From assembly GCA_003427395.1 (NCBI GenBank), contig BFEA01000027.1, forward strand, positions 3,331,573 through 3,386,873: 55,301 nt of DNA, in the 5' to 3' direction. The DNA is from Chara braunii. Its lineage: Eukaryota > Plantae > Charophyceae. Position numbers and translations under genes: made by a program. The notes beneath the pieces were generated by a model that did no database searches, was not told the origin of the DNA, and saw only the letters and a list, made by a program, of their open reading frames with translations. Of the stretch, positions 50,101 through 55,301 are shown in pieces. Position 1 is the first letter of the stretch; every line of letters begins with the position of its first letter.

Positions 50101-53100
50101 GGCACCACCGGCCCCACCCCCACCAGATGACGAGTCCGTCGGTCGATCGGACAAGCTTCGTGGTCCTGACTCGATGCTTAGGAAGTCCCTGTTATCTAGG
50201 CCCCTGCAATAAGGTTGGTGTGTACCTGGTGCGAGAGAAGTGGTAGATTCAGTCCCTTTTCCTTTTTTTTTTTTTTTCCGTTATTTGCGATGGACACTTG
50301 AATTGTGTTTTATGTTCACTTTCGAAACCTACCGACAGAGCGAAGTTTTGCTTATACCCCGCCCCGCCACCGCGTATTGTCTCTTCGTACCTTCTTGTTT
50401 TTCCCTCTTTGGCAGCCCTCCCAGTCGGCCATACCTTATGAAACGACCTGGGAACTGAGGCAAGAATTCCCAGTTTTGTCCTAGTGATTCAACCCCCACA
50501 AAAAAAAAACATCGGCCACACCCCAATTACTCTGATTAGCGTCCCCCTCGGTACAAGATGCCACGTGGGGCGTGAGGTTGCAGATCACAAACAAGCCATA
50601 ATTTTAGGAAACGTATGGGCCACTACATGAGCACCCAAATTCATCCGACTATAAATGTTTCTACTGTATTTTTTTCCGCCACCAATAGCTGGGCTAAGTA
50701 CTGATGGCTTAACATTCTCACATCTGCATCCCAAGTACGGAGAAACCAACTCTTTACACTCCTCATGTTCTTCACTTCCTCCAATTCGCCCATATGAGGG
50801 CCCTGTTAAGATTCGTCGTCGCTAAGTCCAAGTGAACTTCCTTTTGGAACATCCTATCATTTCTCAGGGTCCAAATAGAATATATAATTGTCGCCCTACA
50901 AGAAGCGGCCACATAACCTCATCCTCTCCCCACCACCTCCTCATTTGCTACCACCCCCTCCACCACAAACAGTTCAAAGGGGTAAAGGAGAGACCGACGA
51001 AATTCGCCTCTCTACAGTGACAAATCAGCCATAAATGTCTACCCACCATCAACTGGATCGTCGATAGAACGAACGTAGAACGGAGGGGGGAGGAACGATA
51101 GGAGCGGGCGGTCGGCGGAGCGCTCCGCCCCCCGAGGCCTTCCAAAGCAGCGCAGCGGTGTTGGAAGTCTCACGAAGCAGCGTGGTGGTGGGTGGTTGAC
51201 AGTTGGAGGACGTCAACAACGAGGCGGTGCCTGAAGTTTCCCAAGACCGCGTGGTGCTAGGCGGTCGATAGCAGGAGGACGATGGTGCAGTGTGAGTCGT
51301 TGCGTGCCGTGTGAAGGAATATGAGAGGGGTTGTTCTTCTTATGTCGTGCTTCTGGTCGACAAGGAGGAACATCGTGAGGGTGAGTGAGTGGGGAAAGGG
51401 CTACTCCATGGTGATATTGTGCAAGGGTATGGGGGATAGGTTTGCTGCGGGTGGACATCATTGCTAATGACGATACCCCTTCATTTTTTTGGACTAACTG
51501 CGAGGCGCGGTTGGCAGCTTCAGCAGTTAGTCTCGCGACGTGGTTTAGACTACTGTGATGGTGATTCGAGTGACGGTCAGTTTATCTTCATTGTCCGGCC
51601 CTTTTGAGGTGGTTAAATAGTGCAGTCCGTCTTCGTTTGTTGGGATAACATTACTAAAAGTTCCAGTACACTCCTACTGATCCCTAAAGATTAATCAGAG
51701 GAATTTTCAATGTTAATAATTCCCAGATTGCTTGGTATTTATTAAAAATCTAATAATTCATTTTTGTACGTCTGATTTTGGTGATAACAAGTTCTGATAT
51801 CCAAAGTTGATTGCCTGGTTGCTTGATTCCGATTGCCTGATTTAAAATTTTAAATTATGTTTCTTGACTTTCATTCTTAAAGGATTTTTAAACCTTGATT
51901 GCAATCGATTGATTCCGAGCCAACTTTTTATGAGTAGTATTTTTAGTATGAAGTTCGTAAATTAGAGTTTTTGCTCTGATCTCAAGGGACGATTACCAAG
52001 ATTGACTTCTAATGGATTTTCGAATTTTGAGCGGAATTTTATGCTTAATAAAATTTCAATCCTTTTTCATGCTAAGCCTTTTGCTCTTGATGTTCTTCTA
52101 ATTTGATGGGTGAGAAGCCGAAACTTCCTGAAATTCTAAATTCATGAAGTACATTATTGATATCTTAGATTTTCATACTATATAGTTTTTGCTCAGCCAT
52201 GTCGGGGCGCAGCGCTACCGTGAGCGTTGCGCCCCACACAAACCGAAGCAACGGAGAGCGGGTGCGCATTGGTTGGAAGCCACGAAGTGATTAGCATGCT
52301 TACGACAACTTAGCGAAGGGCGCGTCGCAGGACTTCCAGTGAGGCGAGGCAGAAGGGGTGTATGGTTGGTCGTGGGTGGTGGATGTCATTAGGCGCGAGG
52401 CAAATCGTTGTGATAGTGCATGCCTCGTGGCATGGGTGGGTTGTTGGGGTTATAGTGAAAAGAAGAGAGTTTTTGTATATAGAAGAGATGAAGGCTATGA
52501 GTACCCTGGGTTTTCTCTTATCCTACCTCAACCTCTGTTTCTCTGTCTCTTGCTTCATCTGACCTGGCTATTTGAGGATCGTTGTACATGGATTGAACTC
52601 TCTGTGAGGCCGCATTGACGGGCTTGACGCTGTTACTCACAACACAGTCGCCTTCAAGAAATTTAGGGAGGCGGCGGTGTCCTATTAATCTCTTCTGGCC
52701 AGTGCATTTCGCCAAGAGGCTGCACCGACACTAGCTATGAGGAGGAGAAGGTGCTTCTCTCGCAGAAAGAGGCAGGGAATGAGTTTGGTCGGGATAGCGG
52801 TCTGGCAGTTGGATCAGGGGATGGCGGGAGTGGAGCGTCTCGTAATGATCTGCAAGGTTTGGTAACTTCACGCAGTTCATGCGACCTCGCGAGGCAATGG
52901 AAGCTAAGCGTGTAATAGCTTGTCGAAGTCGTCTCCCTAAGTACCGCTCTAAATTTTCATAGTGGATCGGTCTATTCTGTCATGATGGAATTTACGTTTT
53001 AACTTTTCTTATTTTGATGATTTGTAGGTTGATAATGGTTTGTAGGCTGGTAATTCACGAGTCGTGATATTCTCTTGCATCTGTATTTTGAATTCCTTCT

Positions 53101-53449
53101 CTTAAAAAACTTGTTCTTAGCATGACATGATTCTCGTAATGGAATATCTGACGTTTGTTCTCATAATTAGCTAAAATTACTTCACAATTATTTTGTTATT
53201 AACACACTCTGAGCGCTATTTCCGAAAAATTACGTCATAATTACTTTTCCCAAATATGTGCTCCTGGAATTTTACCTTATTTTTACTTTGCAAGTTCTGA
53301 TAATCGAACCCGAAACTTGAATTGTCAAATGATAAATTTCTAGATGATTGCCTTTATATCAATTTTAATTTTGAATTCGAGTCTAAATTGATCAATTTAG
53401 TTTCCTTCCCAGCTTAAGGTGAGAATTACCGAATTCGTAAGCTAGAATA

Positions 53450-55190
53450 AGTTTCGATATAAAATTTGGTTCTAAGTAATTGAAGCCTCAGTTCGTGATG
53501 TTGTAGGTTTGGGGTTATAGGTGTTGAATGGAATAGTTCCTTAAATTAGGGTTGGAGCCCCTCCCTGCGAGGGTTACATAAGGTGGGTGGTGTGATCTTT
53601 GAGAGGGTAGGGGCGGTATTGGGGGGTTGTCCTCTTTTGGGCCTCTGATCCTTCGATTGGATCAACTATGGCGGTTGGGGAAAGAAGACAAGGGGTGATG
53701 ATGTCAGCAAGGTGAGAGTCGAGAGGGTTGTTCTGCTTGGAGGAGTTGCGGGGCAGGAGGGAAGGGGGATCTTCGGCTCTACGGGGCATACTTTAGGGGG
53801 TACTGTATGCGTCTGAGGGAGCGGGAGTGTATTTTCGGGGGCTGTTCTGAACTGGGGCGGGGAGGTGAGGGGGCACCTTCCCGCGAAGGCAGTAAACAGA
53901 AAGGGGTTGTCCTTTTGAGGAGAGGAATAATCCCTTTGGTTCTTATGACCCCTTTATATTTAACTGAGACTTCAATAGGTGTTGGAGTTTCCACATGGAG
54001 AGAGGGCAATTTTTTTCCCCTCCTTCCCTCTTCCTGTGAAAATAGTGGGCGTTGAATGTTCATCTGAGTTGTCTGAATATTTTTTTTCTAATTGGAAATT
54101 ATTCAATGGTTTGGTGCTGGGAACAGGGGGGTGCGGTGGTTGCGATGGTGGGAGACGACACACTCTGCGGCGAAGGGCCTAGCTTGTAGGGTTGAAATGG
54201 GGTACAGAAGCGGTGGAGATGGTGGCTTCATCGTGGTAAGACTTGTCGGAGTAGGGCCGAGAGAGATTTTTATGGGATATCTGCAACCAGTGTCTGATTC
54301 GAGGTTTGGGGTTGTTTTTCGTGTAGATTGCACAATTGTCATCCTTAGTCTAAGCCGGGTAATGACCCCGATATTTCAAAGTTTTTTTTTTCCATAAATT
54401 TCTTAAAAAAAAAAAAAATTATTCTAAGGCTCGGTGCTGTGGCAGGGGTTATGGTGGTTGTGATGGTGGGAGAGGGCGCGCTCTGCGGCGAAGGAGCTAG
54501 CCTGCAGGGTTGAAATAACAACCATTTCGTCAAAATGGACATCTTTGAATTTTTGAACGAAATTGAAACCGAGTTTTTTTGCCGAAAACTCGTCAAAATT
54601 TGTTGTTCTTGAGGGTCCGGCTTTTGTAAGACGCTGGACCCCCTGGCTGTACACGGACCTAGCTTGAGACCAGGGACATCCAGACAGTACATGGATTTTT
54701 GTCCTGTTGGCAAGTCGTGCTGGAGTAGGGCAAAGAGGGAAGTGGGAGGATTTTGGTGGGTAACCACAGCCGGTACATGGAGATTATCATGGCAGTAGTT
54801 TTTCACAACTTCACTAGGTATACGGTACAGATTCACTGGCGTTGACTTAGCAAGAGAAGTAGATGGTGGGATATCAAGCGTCCTACTAGTGAGGGGGCTA
54901 ACTCGTAGGACGGAAATAGGGTACAGCAGCAGCGGAGATTGTGGCTCTGCTGCAGTAAGTCTTGTCGGAGTGAGGTAAAGAGGATTGAGGGGGGGGTTCT
55001 GAGTCGTTTTCTGAGCTTTGCTTATTCTTGAAATTCTTCGTAGTAATTTGCTAATTAGCTCAATTTTTCCTTAGCCAAAGCCGTCAAATTTTCAAACTTC
55101 TATGTAAATTTCCATATGGGACGCTGGGCCCAGTTCCCAGCACGTGCTGCTCCACATGAATAGATTGGAGCCTTATTCCCATTAAAAAAA
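53450..55190 (+). mobile_element. Long, apparently non-coding retroposon-like element (right arm); type B motif at 55118-55171 and short A-tail
   Basis: For example AGGGTTGGAGCCCCTCCCTGCGAGGGTTA (53548-53576) is the reverse complement of 46898-46926 with one mismatch. Colinear similarity extends over roughly 46180-47000. Confidence 0.65.
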
Positions 55191-55222
55191 CAAGTGAAAC
55201 CCGCCACGGCGTAGCCGTGGCG
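55186..55222 (-). mobile_element. Helitron/Helentron-like 3' terminus
   Basis: Perfect GC hairpin CGCCACGGC-GTA-GCCGTGGCG (55202-55222). On the minus strand it is followed after 7 nt by CTTG and a T-run. Confidence 0.5.
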
Positions 55223-55260
55223 CACAGCAACACTCCCTGATGGCGTCTCATTTTTCTTTC

Positions 55261-55301
<41 letters not shown>

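Noticed and set aside
47600-51500. Coding region in the core of the large inverted structure
   Set aside because: Only short ORFs (<=134 aa) with no recognisable transposase, RT or recombinase motifs.

Overview
Eukaryotic, repeat-dense scaffold segment with three N-gaps and many microsatellites. The plant-type IPK, chromoviral Ty3/Gypsy and L1/Tx1-type LINEs suggest a green-plant genome, possibly a streptophyte alga such as Chara; this is inference only. One intact host gene is visible: an uninterrupted 390-aa isopentenyl phosphate kinase (8542-9714, minus). The rest is decayed mobile DNA: a Ty3/Gypsy chromovirus remnant (~16.2-21.3 kb), three L1/Tx1-like LINEs (one nested in another, each of the pair with its own TSD), two tRNA-derived SINE families, PIF/Harbinger-, piggyBac- and foldback-type MITEs, and a ~10.6-kb head-to-head inverted structure at the right end. 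The most interesting signal is a ~54-nt motif (consensus GGGAC-GCTGGR-CCCRGTT-YCCAGC-A-SGTG-NN-GCTCC-C-CACS-AATAGA(C)T-GGAGC), present as 8 full and 3 partial copies, mostly just upstream of poly(A) tails of otherwise dissimilar retroelements. It folds as a hairpin plus a classic H-type pseudoknot with compensatory changes, and is often followed by a hairpin with a variable stem but conserved loop. It is a candidate undescribed structured 3' recognition module shared by L1-type LINEs and non-autonomous partners. All calls were made by eye; no searches or folding programs were run.
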